From positions 18,724,001-18,788,000 of the forward strand of contig JBHGNT010000017.1 of NCBI GenBank assembly GCA_043228905.1: a stretch of DNA of 64,000 bases, read 5' to 3'. The notes beneath the pieces are model-generated. The model saw only the letters and a program-made list of their open reading frames with translations. It had not been told where the DNA came from and searched no databases. The translations under genes and the position numbers were made by a program. The stretch's first letter is position 1. Each line of letters begins with the position of its first letter. Source of the stretch: Azolla caroliniana (Eukaryota; Plantae; Polypodiophyta). Positions 12,665 to 25,465 of this stretch are shown in pieces.

Positions 12665-13085
12665 TATTACCGGCCGGCAAGGAGTCCAAAATACGGAGTG
12701 AAGGAATTATTTAGATATGGTTGTAAATGAGCATAGTGTGGACGGACGGACTGGAAACGGTATGCCGTTCCAGATCCGGACGGATCCCGAATAGGTGCGA
12801 TAGGCACCGTTTTGTACTACGGGCCGGAAACCTATTTAAAGGCCCGGACCCCATTGTAATCGCAGCGGATAATTAATAGAGCTTATGATGTTTATACTTC
12901 TGTCTTGATTTCCGTTCTGTAATCACTGTTATATCTTACGCGTGTAATTAACCAAAGCAATCTAATCGTGTAACCTACGTAAGTCGGTGTAATCGTTGAA
13001 TCTTAATCCTATGCCGTAATCACCCCTTTGGTGAAGTGTCTCCGTGACACCTTGTGTTAGGCCTTGTCCGGCTAAGCGAATAAAA
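12665..13085 (+). repeat. Element C 3' LTR (TA...AA ends)
   Basis: Copy of 3212-3632 followed by TSD GAGGT. Confidence 0.93.
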
Positions 13086-13090
13086 GAGGT

Positions 13091-15838
13091 CATCTTCACT
13101 ACCGGCGCAAATATCTCGTCGAAGTCGACGCCCTTCTTCTGCTGGAACCCCTTCACCACGATCCTGGCTTTGTATCTCGGGGGGTTTCCGGCATCTCCCG
13201 GTTTCAGCTTGAACACCCACTTGTTTCGAAGTGCCCGCTTTCCTTTCGGCAACTCCACAAGTTCATATGTGTGGTTCTCATGCAGGGAATCCATCTCCTC
13301 CTGCATGGCACTTAACCACCTGCGGCTATGGGTGTCAAGCTTTGCTTCTTCAAAACTCTCCGGCTCCCCCTCGTCGGTTAGCAGCACGTGCTCTGGTTCC
13401 GGAAATCTCCGGGGGGCCCTTCTCTCTCTTAGAGGATATCTCCATTCCGGAGCTTCGGTAACCGGCTCCTCCGTTTCCTCTTCATCCGAATCCATTTCGG
13501 GATCGGGGCCGGTTCCGGTATCAGTTTCATCTTCCTCGGCTGGTTCTGTTTCTTCACCGTCTTCGGCCGGATCCTCGAGTGCTAACCGGACCCTTGCCGG
13601 TCGGGACTGCTCCTCGTAGAGTTGATCCTCACCGGTCGACTTGGAGCTCTTCATCTTCTTCTCCGACTCCCAGTCGGCGAGTGTCTTGTCCTCCATGAAG
13701 ATGATATCACGACACCGGAATATCTTTTTGTCGACCGGGTCCCATACTCGGTAGCCGAACTCGTCATCGCCGTAACCGAGGAATATGCATGGCCGGGGCT
13801 TTGGATCTAGCTTTCCTCTCCGGTCCTTTGCCACATGCACATATACGAGACACCCGAACACCTTCAGATGCCGGTAGGATACTTCCCTACCGGTCCACAC
13901 TCTCTGCGGCGTGTCTCCGTCCAAAGGTACTGAGGGTGATCTGTTTATCACGTATGTCGCCGTCGACATTGCCTCAGCCCAAAACCCCTTGGGTAATTTC
14001 GCATGCGCCAGCATACTCCGGACCCTCTCCATTATGGTCTGGTTCATCCTCTCGGCCAGCCCGTTCAGTTTCAGCGTCTTCGGCACAGTAAACTCGAGCT
14101 GGATTCCCTTCGAGCGACAGTACTCCTCGAACTGCCCCCGGTATTCCCCTCCGTTATCCGCTCATATCGCTTTCAGCTTCTTGCCGGATTTCCTTTCCAC
14201 TCTCGCGTGGAGTTCTTTGAAGACGCACAACACTTGGTCCTTTGTCTTCAACGATGCCGTCCACAGCTTCCGGCTGTGGTCATCAATGAATGTCACGAAG
14301 TACTGGGCTCCGCCATGTGACTTCGTTTCTACTTGACACATGTCAGTGTGCACCAACTCCAATGGTGCGCTACGTCTTGTCGGTGGCCTTGAGTGGAAGG
14401 AGGTTCGGTTCTACTTACCGGCCAGGCAATCGGTGCACTTCTCCAGGTGCACATGCTTCATTGGAATAAGGTTGTCTTCTGCAAGCCTCTTCATCCCCTT
14501 CTCACTCATGTGGCACAGTCTCTTGTGCCACAGCTCACCGGCAGTGTCGGCTGCCACGTTCAACTCCTCCGGACACAACCAGGCATTCATAAGGTACAAT
14601 GTGTTGACTTTCCGGGCCCGAGCCACTATCAGGCCCCCCTTGCTGAACTTCATTACGCAGTTCCGGATGCTACCTGTGTAGCCTTCATCGTCTAGCCTCC
14701 CGGCCGAAATCAGGTTCAATCGAACCTCCGGAACGTGTCGGACATCCTTCAGCAACATTTTGCATCCGGTCGAGGTACCTTCATTTCCCATCCGAACACA
14801 GCCATGCTCACCGGCTGTGTAGGATGAGAAGTATCTTCTTTCCGGGGTCAGGTGGAACGACGCTCCGGAATCGACCACCCAGGTAGTCTCATCGCCGGCA
14901 ATGTTTAGTTCACCTTCTTCGGTGATGAGCATGATCTCCTCTTCACTTGCCGCGAGTGCCGTCGTTCCTTTCCGGTCCTGCCCTCGCCGATCCGAACCAT
15001 TCCGTTCCGTGGCTCCCCGGTAAGCACCGTTCCGTTCCGAAGACTTCTTCGAATCGGTGTCGTCGGCTCCGTTGTCTTTTCGGTAATGCCGACAATTCTT
15101 TCGGAAGTGCCCCGGCTTCCCACAGTGGAAGCATGTGGGCCTTCCTCTTGACTACGACCGGGTCCCCGACTTCTCCCGTCTTTGCGGACTCCGGTTCCGT
15201 TGTCTTCCCCGATCCGATTCGGCAAGCAGCATCTTCGGATCGGAGGCTGGTTCTTTATCTCTCCGACGCGCTTCTTCGTTCAAAATGCTTGTCTTTACCG
15301 TTTGTAGGGACAAGTTATCTTCGGTGCAGGAGGTGCTGAGAGTCACCACCAAGTTCTCCCAGCTTTTCGGCAATGTACACATCAGCATGATGGCTTGCAT
15401 TGCATCCTCCAACGGGAACTTGATCGCCGCAAGCTGGTTCACGAATCCCATGAATGTGCTTACGTGTTCCACCATACTCTCGCCGTCCCGGTACTTGAGG
15501 TTCACTATCTTCCTCATCAGGGAGGTCCGGTTCAACGCATTCTTCCTCTCGTAGAGGCCCGACAGCTTCTGCCACATCTCATATGCGTTGGTGTCGTTCG
15601 CCACATGTTGTAGAACGCTCACGTCGACGTATTGCCGAATGGTTGCAACGGCTTTCCGGTTCAGAAGCCTCCATTCCGTCTCAAGTACCCCCTTGGGTAT
15701 TTCCGACTTGTCGATCGGTTCATACAGGTCCCGAACAATGAGCAGATCCTCCATCTTTATCTTCCAGTCGGCGTAGTTCTGCGCATTCAGCACCATCATC
15801 CCCGGTTGCCCGCTGCTGCCGCCTTCCATTTTCTGCAC
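13091..15838 (-). pseudogene. Element B gag, protease, integrase and RT N-terminus
   Basis: YADWKIKMEDLL gag, CFHCGKPGHFRKNC knuckle, WVVDSGASFH, WHKRLCH, IDDHSR, NGLAERMN, YKARIVVKGF; stops and a 42-bp in-frame deletion relative to K. Confidence 0.93.
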
Positions 15839-15843
15839 TGCAG

Positions 15844-15857
15844 TCGCTCTGATACCA
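15844..15857 (-). promoter_or_regulatory. Primer-binding site, initiator tRNA-Met (element B)
   Basis: TGGTATCAGAGCGA on the minus strand next to the 5' LTR. Confidence 0.92.
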
Positions 15858-15860
15858 GAT

Positions 15861-16467
15861 TGTTAGAAATTGACGCTTTCCAAACCTTCCCCTCTCGGCC
15901 ACAACCGAGGAAACACGAATCAATGCAGCAGTAAATCGAAAACACAGAGAGAGACTCGAATGCACAGGGTTTAGCGTGGAAAACCCTAGACGGGAAAAAC
16001 CACGGGAGTGCAAGACTCCAACTATCACTATACGCAGGGAATGTACAATGGCGAGCTGCAAGGCGACGACCTTGAGCTCGCTGTCCTCGCCACAAGCGGC
16101 GGTATTACACAGAGGCGTCGACCTCTTCCTTTCTCTCTCTCTCACTCTCTCTCTCGGCTGCTCTCACTTCGCTCCCTCTAAATGGAAAACAGGAAAATGA
16201 GCAACAACTACAAAACTGTTTGCCCTAAGTCATATTTATACACATATGACTTTCGGGCTATTTACAAATATAGCCTCGAGGGCCCTTGGCAAACATATTC
16301 ACAAATATGTCCTCGCATCCGGATCTCTCTCCGGGTACATTCGTCATCCGGCTCCATAGCCGGGGTCTTCATCATCCGGATCCGATACCGGGTACTCCTC
16401 ATTCGGGTCTTCATTCCCGATTCCCGGACATCTGACCATCCCATCCGGAGGGACCGTAATCCCAACA
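15861..16467 (-). repeat. Element B 5' LTR (607 bp)
   Basis: TG...CA ends; followed by TSD ATACG. Confidence 0.95.
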
Positions 16468-16472
16468 ATACG

Positions 16473-18471
16473 GAGGCCGGGAGAGCGTACGACGGCGACA
16501 TGGGAGAGGGTGCGGAGCAAGCGACCCTCTTGCCTTGTGGTGAAGGGACGGCCATGGAGGCCGGTAACTACGGATTCGGGACATGGTGGCCCGAAACATC
16601 GAGTGGGGAGGAAACAAGCGGCGGTGCCGCGACCTTACACACACCAACCCTAGAGGCTCCGGCGGTCGGCCCAAGTGCCGACGTGAGACCTAGAGCGACG
16701 GGTGGTGGCGGCGGCAGGGCGGGCAACCAAGACTACGACGAGGAGAACGAGGAAGAGATAGCCACGGACGACGGCGTCCGAACGAAGGTGGCTACGAACA
16801 TGACATCGGCGAGCAATGGTACTGAGACCTTTCCCACACCTATTCTAGAGACTTCGGTGGCCGGCCCCGAGAGCCCACGTGAGACCGGAGAGACAGAAGA
16901 TGGTGGCGGCAAAGCGGGTGACCGAAATGACGACGAGGAAGGTCATAGTGGATGGAGGAGAGACCCCTCGACACCGGGGCCGGAGACTACGGCGGTTGTG
17001 CTCGAATGCCAACATAAGACCGGAGAGAAGGACGGTGGCCGTGAGGAGGCATGGCCTGGAGCGAACACGTGCGAAGATGAGGATGTGAGGCCCGGAACGG
17101 GCATATACAAGAGGACCAACGGAGAGGTCGGGAGCGGCAAAAAGGAGAGAGTCGGGGACCGACTAGACCGGAAGACGAAGCGGAAGAAGAGTGAAGTAAG
17201 CGGAAGAAGAGTGAAGGAAGAAGAGACCGACGTGGAGGTCGGGTCTACGACGGATGAGGCACGTAATACAAAGTACGCATTACGACATAAAATGGAGCAT
17301 GCTCTAGAGCCGCTCGAGGGCCAAGAAACAAGCATGTATTCAGAAGAGCCACAACGAGTGACCGGTGACAGCGGTCCGGGCGAGCCTTTGAGAGGCAAAA
17401 GCGTGGCAAGAGACGAAGCAGCGAGATGCCGGGATCGGCGGATGGGCGGCGAGAGCAAAGGATGGTGCACGGAGAACAACGGGGTACACACTGGGAAGAG
17501 AAAACGCGGCGGCTTCCCGGAGGGCATGCAAGGCCAAGCGGGCCAAGAGGGCGCAAGTCAAGGCGAGGCGGTACGCTCTACGGCGAGAGAGCACGGGGGG
17601 CAAAGGAGAAGCAAGGAATCCGGAATGGGGTTGCCTAAGAGCCAAAGAATGAGCGTATATTCGGGGGACAACATCTACGCATGGGAAGAGCCTACGAAAG
17701 GCAAGCGCGGGGCGGGAAGAGTTGACACATCGAGGTGTTCGGCATGCGGAGACGATAAAACCAAAGGAGCGGCACACAAAGAGCGGAAACCAGAGTGCGA
17801 TCGGAGAGATCTGGAGCGCATCTGGAGGACATACGAGGCGGACCAAGAGGGTGTACCTCGGGGTGAAGCGGGAACATTGGAGGTTGCGAAGGACACCGAA
17901 GACGAGAGCAACGACACGGATGTCGGGGAAGCAACGTACCTTTTCGAAAGGGTACGTAGAGCGGAGCGAAGTGCGAGACGTGCGATGTGGCCGCGTAAGG
18001 GCCGAGCGACGAGCACGAGGATGAGTGACGACGAAGTTCGGCGCGCGACAATGCGGAGTCGAGGAAGCGGCAAAGGCAAGACGTGCATGGACGAAGAGAA
18101 CATGATGCGATATTCGGCAAACTGTCGGGAAGAACGAGGATTCGGTCCAAGGGCACGCACGGAAAACAGAGGAAGGCAAAGAGAGGTTTGCGAAGACCGG
18201 GTCTGGGGAACCGGGCGGAGACAGTGGTTTGGCAAACTTCGTCGAGTATGGTGGATCAGATGGAGCCGACGGTTCGAGAGCAAACGACGGATATGGCGGA
18301 TTGGGAGGCTACGGTGGTCCATGTGGGATGGATGGGCTTGCTCGAAGTGGAAGGCGAAGTCGGGCAAAGCTGACAAGACGCTAAGGACTCGGTTGACCGC
18401 CATGGCCGAAAATCTCATCTCTTTCCCCTTCTTGGCACATACCGGTGGATGTGCGGTTTGGTGGGGGCGGA
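16473..18471 (+). pseudogene. Element A ORF continuation: low-complexity G/E/R/T-rich region with TPxxETxAV...GGG repeats
   Basis: Removing B and one TSD restores the frame (..DGAYT|EAGRAY..); it then stays open for about 660 codons. Confidence 0.6.
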
Positions 18472-18996
18472 TGTCGTGAAGATTTTTGTCCATAGGCGGA
18501 AACTAGGGTGGAAAAGGCAAGTCAGTGGTGTGCAACATGTGCACACGTATACTAGGAAATGGTGTATAGAAATAAGAGGGGAAATTTTATCCCACATTGT
18601 AAGGTCCCTCCCTCCTTGTGCTATAAAAGGAAGGGAGGGGTCACTTATGAAGGGTTGCCTATTTTGTGTATGAAAGGTATACCACTTTCTGTAGAGTTCT
18701 TATTGTTTTAGGGTTAGGGTTTCGTTTAGGGTTTCCTTGTTCATCCCCGGTTAGGGTTTTCTCATAGTTTTGGTGCGATCCATGCGGCCACCATTGGTGT
18801 AATCATTCGTTCGTTTTAATATATCTTGTTGTGGATCTTGCTTCCATCTATTTTGGTCTATGCTTATGTGCTACTCTTCATCTTCTCATCTGGTGTTATG
18901 CTTCCATTTCTCGTCTCATTCTCCTTCCTCTACTCCCTAGTTCGAGACCCCCGTGGTCCCGCCCCTTTTTACACCCACGCGCGTGACAACGCGACA
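18472..18996 (+). repeat. Element A 3' LTR (525 bp)
   Basis: TGTCGTGAAGA...ACGCGACA; TATAAAA near 18622. Confidence 0.92.
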
Positions 18997-21900
18997 CCGT
19001 GACAAACATCATCTTCTCCTGGTCGTTGGGGTGCATGCGTACTTGATTGTACCCACTGAAGCCATCTAAAAAGCTATACATGTCATGCCCTGCGACGACG
19101 TCCAATACGCTATTGGTGAACGGTAAAGGGAATGCGTCAGTAATGGTTACGACGTTCAATTTCCGGTAGTCCACGCATACACGTATTTTGCCATTTTTCT
19201 TTGGTACGAATACTATCAGGCTTAACCATGTAGCTTGTTTAACTAGTCGTATGAATCCAACCTTGAGGAGTTTGTCAATTTCTTCTTTTACGCGGGCTGC
19301 GTAGTTTGGGTTCATACGGTATCGACGTTGTTGGATTGGTTTCACATCGGTCGCTAAATTGATCTTATGTTGATAAAACTTTGGATCTAACCCCTTCATG
19401 TCCTCATGGGACCAGGCGAACACATCTTTATACTTCCTGAGTAGTGTTATCATCGCGTCTCTCACACCGTACCCACATTTACTTCTTCCAGGGCTGAGGC
19501 AGTGACTCGTCGTGAAATTTCCATTTCCCTCTTGAACGCTGCCTGTGCTTTGCTTAGTTCTAATATTGACTCTAGGTTTGGTTCGTAAGCCTTGTCGTGG
19601 AGCGTAGCGAGCGTGGCATACTCCGCCGCGGTTTCGAATAACGGAATGATCCGGAGGTGCTCGTCTAGGTATACCTCTAATTCTGTATCATCCACCCCAG
19701 CCAACATATTTATATCCTCCGCGTATAATGGTGTTATGCCCTTGGGTTCTGCCACCATTTCCCCTGTTGGTACGCGAACCTTGGTGTGTCCGCGTCGAAA
19801 GTTGATACACTTGTGTTACCAGCTCTACTTGATTATTGCTGAATGAAGCCACGGTCTACCCAACAACATAGGATACACTCCTAGGGCGTAAAGGGTGAGG
19901 ACTACCCAACAGCCAAAACGGGCAAGCTTCCCATTCTGAAATTCCCAATTGTTCGCATGTCTTCGCGCTAATTACATTAACGCTCGAGCCGCCGTCGATT
20001 ACGCATCCTGGGATTTCCTGACCGTGTAGTATCAACTTAATAGCCGGATTGTGCTGATCCACCACTATTGGTCCGACGTTGATGTCCGTAAAATTCGCAG
20101 CGATGCTTACCCTAGGTCTGCCTATTATCCGATCCTCCACGGCTTGGCAAAATCGTGGGACTAGTTCCAGTAGCTTCTCCATGGTTAACGTTATCTCGCA
20201 GCCTGTTAGTGCTTGCCATATGGGATCCGGAGATGTTCCCTCTTCCTCCAATAGCTCCACCGTGTTTGCGGACTCCTTCTGCATGCGTTCCATATTTGCC
20301 GTGTTTGCTTTTTCAATCCATGCTTGGGTTGTCTGACGTATCTCATCTTGCGCGGCCCAATCAACATTTTTTGTTTGTTGCCATGTTGTGACTTGTTGTA
20401 CTTACGCCGTAATTGTATTGACGGCGGGCCCCTTGCCCTTGCGTACTGGGCATTGTGTGGCATAATGTTCGGGCTGTTGGCAAACAAAACAAAGGATGCT
20501 AGATTCACCCTTCTCGGCAATTGGTGGTGTGTGCCGATCCCTAGGTGTGACTTGCTCCTCCCTATCCTGGTTCATTCGTCCGAGCGTACACGGTGGTTGT
20601 TGTTGGTCCCGGCGCAGTTCCTGGTGCAGGTCATCATCCGAAACTTTTGTCATACCGCCGTTGGTCCCGATATTGACTATGTTTTCCGCAAGGCCCATTG
20701 AAGCCGCCACGTTTGTTCGTCGGACGGTAATTCTCATAGCATCGGCCCCCTTTAGTATTTCTGTGGTTGCCATGGTAGTTTTCATCCTCCGGCTCGTCTT
20801 CTTCAGAATCATTGTGATTCCAGCGATTCCGGTAGTGCCGATCACGTGTGGGTTCCGATCCATATACCGGGGTCGTTCTTCTTGCCGCCTTTGCTCATTA
20901 CGGCGAGGGGGACGTTGTGTTTCCAAGTTGCGTATTGTGGGCGTGGATCTGTTCAACATATTGTACTCGCATTGCTCAACTGTGTGAGCTTTAGAGTGAC
21001 AGATTGGGCAATGGATTCGCATGTTGCATTCAACTGCGGAATGCCCCGAATTTAAAGAAATCATGCACTGGATCGCCTGGGGAAAATGTCGTTCTCCGTC
21101 TTGAGGTAACACTTGTTGTAATGAGGACATGGAAAATCTTTCCTCTTCTTCGTCCAGCTCGAGCTGTAGCGCTCGTTCTATGACCATATTGGCCGTTTCC
21201 CCTTTCACGCTATTGTTGTTGAGCGTTGTCCGTATCGGTTGTCGTAATGCTGCCAGAAACGTCTCCCGAGCCTTGTCCTCCGTCGGGCCCTGTTCTAATT
21301 TCCACCGTAGATTTTGGAAGCGTAAATTGAAATCCGCTACCATCTTGGTCGGATACTGTTTAATTGTATAAAATTGCCCAAGGATTTCACGTTGTGGCAC
21401 CCTCCAATCAAAGAAACGCAGAAAGGCTGACTGCAATTGGTCGAAGGTCGTGATTGCTGGCAAATCCATCTGCGAATGCCAAAACGCCGCTCTCCCATCT
21501 AAGGTTAATCCGAACTTCGTCTTTTTGGATTGGTGCGCTACTCCTTCAGAAAGGCTCTACACCATGTGGTTTGCATTCCAAACATTTAGGAACAATCGAA
21601 TGTGGGTTGCGGCGTCAGTTTCGCCGTTGAAGAGGGGATAAGAAAAGGCCATGTTGGATGCTACAATGGGCAGGGAAATATCACACTGCTTATGTGGTCA
21701 ACGCGCTTCCTGCGTGTTGCCGAGGTATTTGGGGAGTGAGAAATCCTCTTTGTGGTCCCGACAGGTATCACTGAGGTCGCTGAGGCGGGGTTCCTGCCGT
21801 GCGCACTCCTCTACCTGGCGTGTGATGGACCGTGTGATTGGTCGGTCTTGTCGTGTTGGTTCTCTAGGTCGTCTGCGGCTAAACATCCATTCGTCGTTAT

Positions 21901-22404
21901 TCGTCTGTGAGGAGACACAAATCACCAAGCGTGCCAAAAGTGTTACCAATTAGGAACACGGTCTACGGTTAGTCCTTCGACCTAGACCTCAAAGTGATTG
22001 TGTTGCAACGAATGGTATCGTCGTAGCGTAATACTTAGTGGGATACCTCCCGTATCCTAGTAGCGTATAAGGGAGACGGCTACAACCGAACTCCTTAGAC
22101 AGTGGACTAGCAACCACATTGTTACTCACGCCTATGCTCTTACGACTACACTACGCCACCAAGAATCACAAACACACAGTAGATTAACCACAGACACGCA
22201 CAAGGATCAGAGAAGATAGAACTCTATTAAGATACTTTACATTCCAAAATTACACGCTACCTCTATCAGAGGATTTCTGCCCTTTATATACACATGGTCT
22301 TTTTAGTCGTTCACACTTCACGCGTGAACCGTTTACATGCGTTACAATTTTACTATATTCTATATTTCTGCGCTCCAGTCCGTCGGTTACTATTCCGGCG
22401 GACA
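18997..22404 (-). mobile_element. Element D: degenerate Gypsy related to C (5' LTR about 21941-22404, gag, protease, RT N-terminus), cut by element A
   Basis: RT KNGKIRVCVDYRKLN/LDGFSGYNQ (18997-19465), protease IDGGSSVN, gag AIQC..LNSGHSAVEC; PBS TGGCACGCTTGGTG at 21923-21936 (minus). The outer LTR end is approximate. Confidence 0.85.
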
Positions 22405-22897
22405 ACTGAGGCCTATTCTTGGTCAACTAGGAGGCCGACCTTGTCTTCTCCATCTCCCAATCGGCAATCGTCATTTCTTCCATGAAGATGATATCTCGGC
22501 TCCTAATCACCTTCTTGTTGATTAGGCCCCACAGGCGATACCCGAATTAGTCTTTGTCGTAGCCGAGAAATAGACACGGTTGGCGCTTGGGATCAAGTTT
22601 CCCCCTCTTGTCCTTAGCTATATGCACATAGGCCAGGCAACCAAACACTCTTAGATGTTGGTATGACACTTCGTTTCTAGACCACACCCTTTGTTGTATG
22701 TCACCTTCTAGTGGTCCGAGGGAGTCTTGTTTATAATGTAAAAGGTTTTCATCAATGCCTCGGCACAGTATATCTTTGGCAACTTCGCATGTGTTCACAT
22801 ACATCAGACTTGTTCCATGATAGTCTGGTTCATTCTCTCGGTTAGCCCATTCAGCTCTGGTGTCTTCGGCATGGTATATTCAAGAAGGATACCCTTT
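22405..22897 (-). pseudogene. Old Copia integrase C-terminal fragment (B/K-like)
   Basis: PKTPELNGLTERMNQTIME, HLRVFGCLAYVH, RGKLDPK, FGYRLW..RSRDIIFME. Confidence 0.8.
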
Positions 22898-25465
22898 TGT
22901 TGATTGAGCAAGCTCAACGTGGGCCAAATAAGTTGAATAAGCTGAGAGCCAAATCAGTGAGCCGGATTCCGAGAACTAGAATGGAGGACCAGATCGAAAG
23001 AGCCAGACTCATGTTGTCGCGTAAATACGCGTGTGCGAGCCAAAGGGGCGGGACCACGGGGGTCTCAGACCAAGAAGAGAAGGAGCAAGAAGCCAACTCC
23101 GGACCCGTACTAGAGGCTACCGAAAACGAGAGAGAGAGCTTGCGCGCCACTGACTCTTATGTATAGAAAACAAAAAGGGGTAGAAACACCCGACGCTGTT
23201 AGAGACACTAGTATGCGCAAATGGATATGAGTATATATATTACAAAGGGAAAGATACAACCACGGCTTCGAGCCGGCTACACTCAGAAGAAGAAGAAGAA
23301 GAACTTAGCCCAGTTAGGGTTTGGCCGCCATGGCTACCGCGCCCCGCTTCTCAAGAAGGAGAAGAAGAAGAAGACCACAAGACAATTACTAACCTTAGAA
23401 ATTCTTAACAAAACGACCCTCTACAAAACGGTATACCCTCACGACTCAAAATGAGCAACCCTTCAAAAAGGGACCCCTCCCTTCCTTTTATAGCCCAAGG
23501 AGGGAGAGATGTTACAATGTGGGACAAATACTCCCCCTTCATTCTATACACCGTTTCCCTATTATACATGTGCACATGTTGCACACCACCGACTTGCCCT
23601 TTCCACCCTGGTTTCACACCGTAGCCGGAAATCTTCACGACATCCACCCCCACCAAACTGCACATCCACTGGTATGTGCCAAGAAAGGAAAAGGGTGAGA
23701 GATTTCGGTGATGGTGATCAATGAGGTTCTTCACCTTCTCGGCACCCGACCATCTTGCCGGTTCCTTATCGGCGTCGATCCGTCTTGCCGGCTCCTTACC
23801 AGCCCACCACGTCCGCCGCACGCACCTTCTTCTTCGACCGGCCCTCCCGAACACCGTCGCCGATCCAGTCTCTCTTCCTTTGCTCGTCGTGTATGCCCTC
23901 CGGTTAGACCCCCGACTACTTCGATTGCTCGTTGGATGCCACTCCTCGCGTACCGCGTGTGTTCCCTCCCCGGCTCGACCTTCTCCTCACCCCGAACACC
24001 TCGTATCGACTCCCTTCGTTCCGCGCTTGCCTTCGGTAGGCTCTTTCTGTGTGTCGTTGTCGTCCCGATTGTTGTCCCATGTTGTTGCCTATCGCCTTCG
24101 TTCCCTCGCCGCCACCTTATGTCTCCTTGGTCTTATGTTGCCACGTCGGTTCGGATTGCCAAGATCTCCGGAACTAGTGTGGAGGATCCCTTTCCAGCCT
24201 TCCATTCAAGATCACCTGAACCGACAACCATCCTTCACGCTTATACTCCCTTATTGGCACCGCCTGTGCCAAACACCGTCCCATACTCATGCTTCAAACC
24301 AGCCCCTCATGACCAGATGCACGTCTCTCGATCCGCTCCTTGCTTTCCCCTCACAGGCTTCCTTCCAAAATCGTAATCGGCCGGTAAGGGTTCGGCCCCC
24401 GTCAACTCCGGCCTTGCCGGTTCCCGTTTCCTGCCGCCACCATCCTTCTCACTCGGGTTCACATTGCCACGTCGGCTTGAACTGCCAGCATCTCCGGGTT
24501 GGTGTGAGGACCCCATAGGACCGTCTTTCTTCCCTTCTTCCTCCTCCTTCCATCAATCTTGATGGAAGGTCCGGTTTTGGTTTGTGGCCGCCGTGTCGGC
24601 CCGATACTTCGTTGCCGCTCTGCCTTCACCCCTCCTGCTTGACCCCATTCACCTGCCACCACCATCCTTCTCACTCGGTCTCACGTTGCCACATCGGCTT
24701 GAACTATCGGTGTCTTCGGATCGGTGTGAGGATCGTTGTAGGATTGCCCATCCGCACTTCCGTCGTAGCCGGTTCCCGTTTCCTGCCGCCACCATCTTTT
24801 ACACTCGGGCTCATGTTGCCACGTCGGCTTGAACTGTAGGTGTCTCCGGATTGGTGTGAGGATCCCATAGGACCGGTCTTTCACTGCCTTTTCCCTCGTC
24901 CCCTCGCCACCACCGTCAGTATCTTACGTTGGATCTGATGCCGACCACCAAAGTCTCTAGCCCGGTGTGCAGGATCCTCCTTGGGCCTCTCGTCTTCCCG
25001 ACCCTTTCTCGGGTCGTCCTTCTCTGCATGCTGAGAGGGTGGCTTGCTCGACACCCTCCCCCGTGGTACCGTCGTACCGTTGTCGTGAAGATTTTCGGCA
25101 ATGGTGTGAAAATCACATAAGACGTACGAAATCAAGTGTCAATAATACAAAACAATAATAGTGAATATAATAATTCTAAATAAGTTTAATATCTTAGTAC
25201 AAAAGACGAAGATCTTGAATAGATGCACTTTATTACATAAAAAACAAACATCTAAGTGTCAACTTATGTGGGTAAGAAGTTGTGAAAGAAAAGGAGAAAA
25301 TTGTGAGATATCCCACATAGATATGACGAATAAGGCTCTCACCATATATAAGGTAGAGCAAAAGTTATTATCTTTGTATAGAGCATAGAGAGTTCAAGGT
25401 AACTTGAACTAAGAGTGGAGATGGCCTAACCACTCTAAAAGGTTTTGGCCAACCAAAACGGAACT

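Larger units (their letters stand above)
3212..13085 (+). mobile_element. Element C: Ty3/Gypsy non-chromovirus (Athila-like) LTR retrotransposon with an additional 3' ORF
   Basis: 421-bp LTRs at 3212-3632 and 12665-13085; TSD GAGGT (3207-3211 / 13086-13090); gag-PR-RT-RH-INT order; no chromodomain and no second RNase H seen. Confidence 0.94.
1273..16467 (-). mobile_element. Element B: Ty1/Copia (Tnt1-like) LTR retrotransposon, defective, interrupted by Gypsy C
   Basis: TG...CA LTRs at 1273-1906 and 15861-16467; TSD ATACG (1268-1272 / 16468-16472); iMet PBS; PPT at 1907-1920; gag-PR-INT-RT-RH order. Confidence 0.96.
1..18996 (+). mobile_element. Element A: non-autonomous LTR retrotransposon (gag-like ORF, no pol) of the tRNA-Trp-primed Gypsy family, interrupted by Copia B; 5' end lies outside the window
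   Basis: 1-370 matches the 3' part of LTR 18472-18996. PBS at 375, PPT-like GGTGGGGGCGGA at 18460-18471. No RT/INT motifs in the internal part. Right flank is CCGT. Confidence 0.85.

Noticed and set aside
16182-18479. 765-aa ORF as a standalone gene
   Set aside because: It is chimeric: it starts in the antisense B LTR and crosses the insertion junction into element A.
22898-23014. Separate LTR starting TGTTG
   Set aside because: A 117-bp fragment with no counterpart in the window; it cannot be classified.
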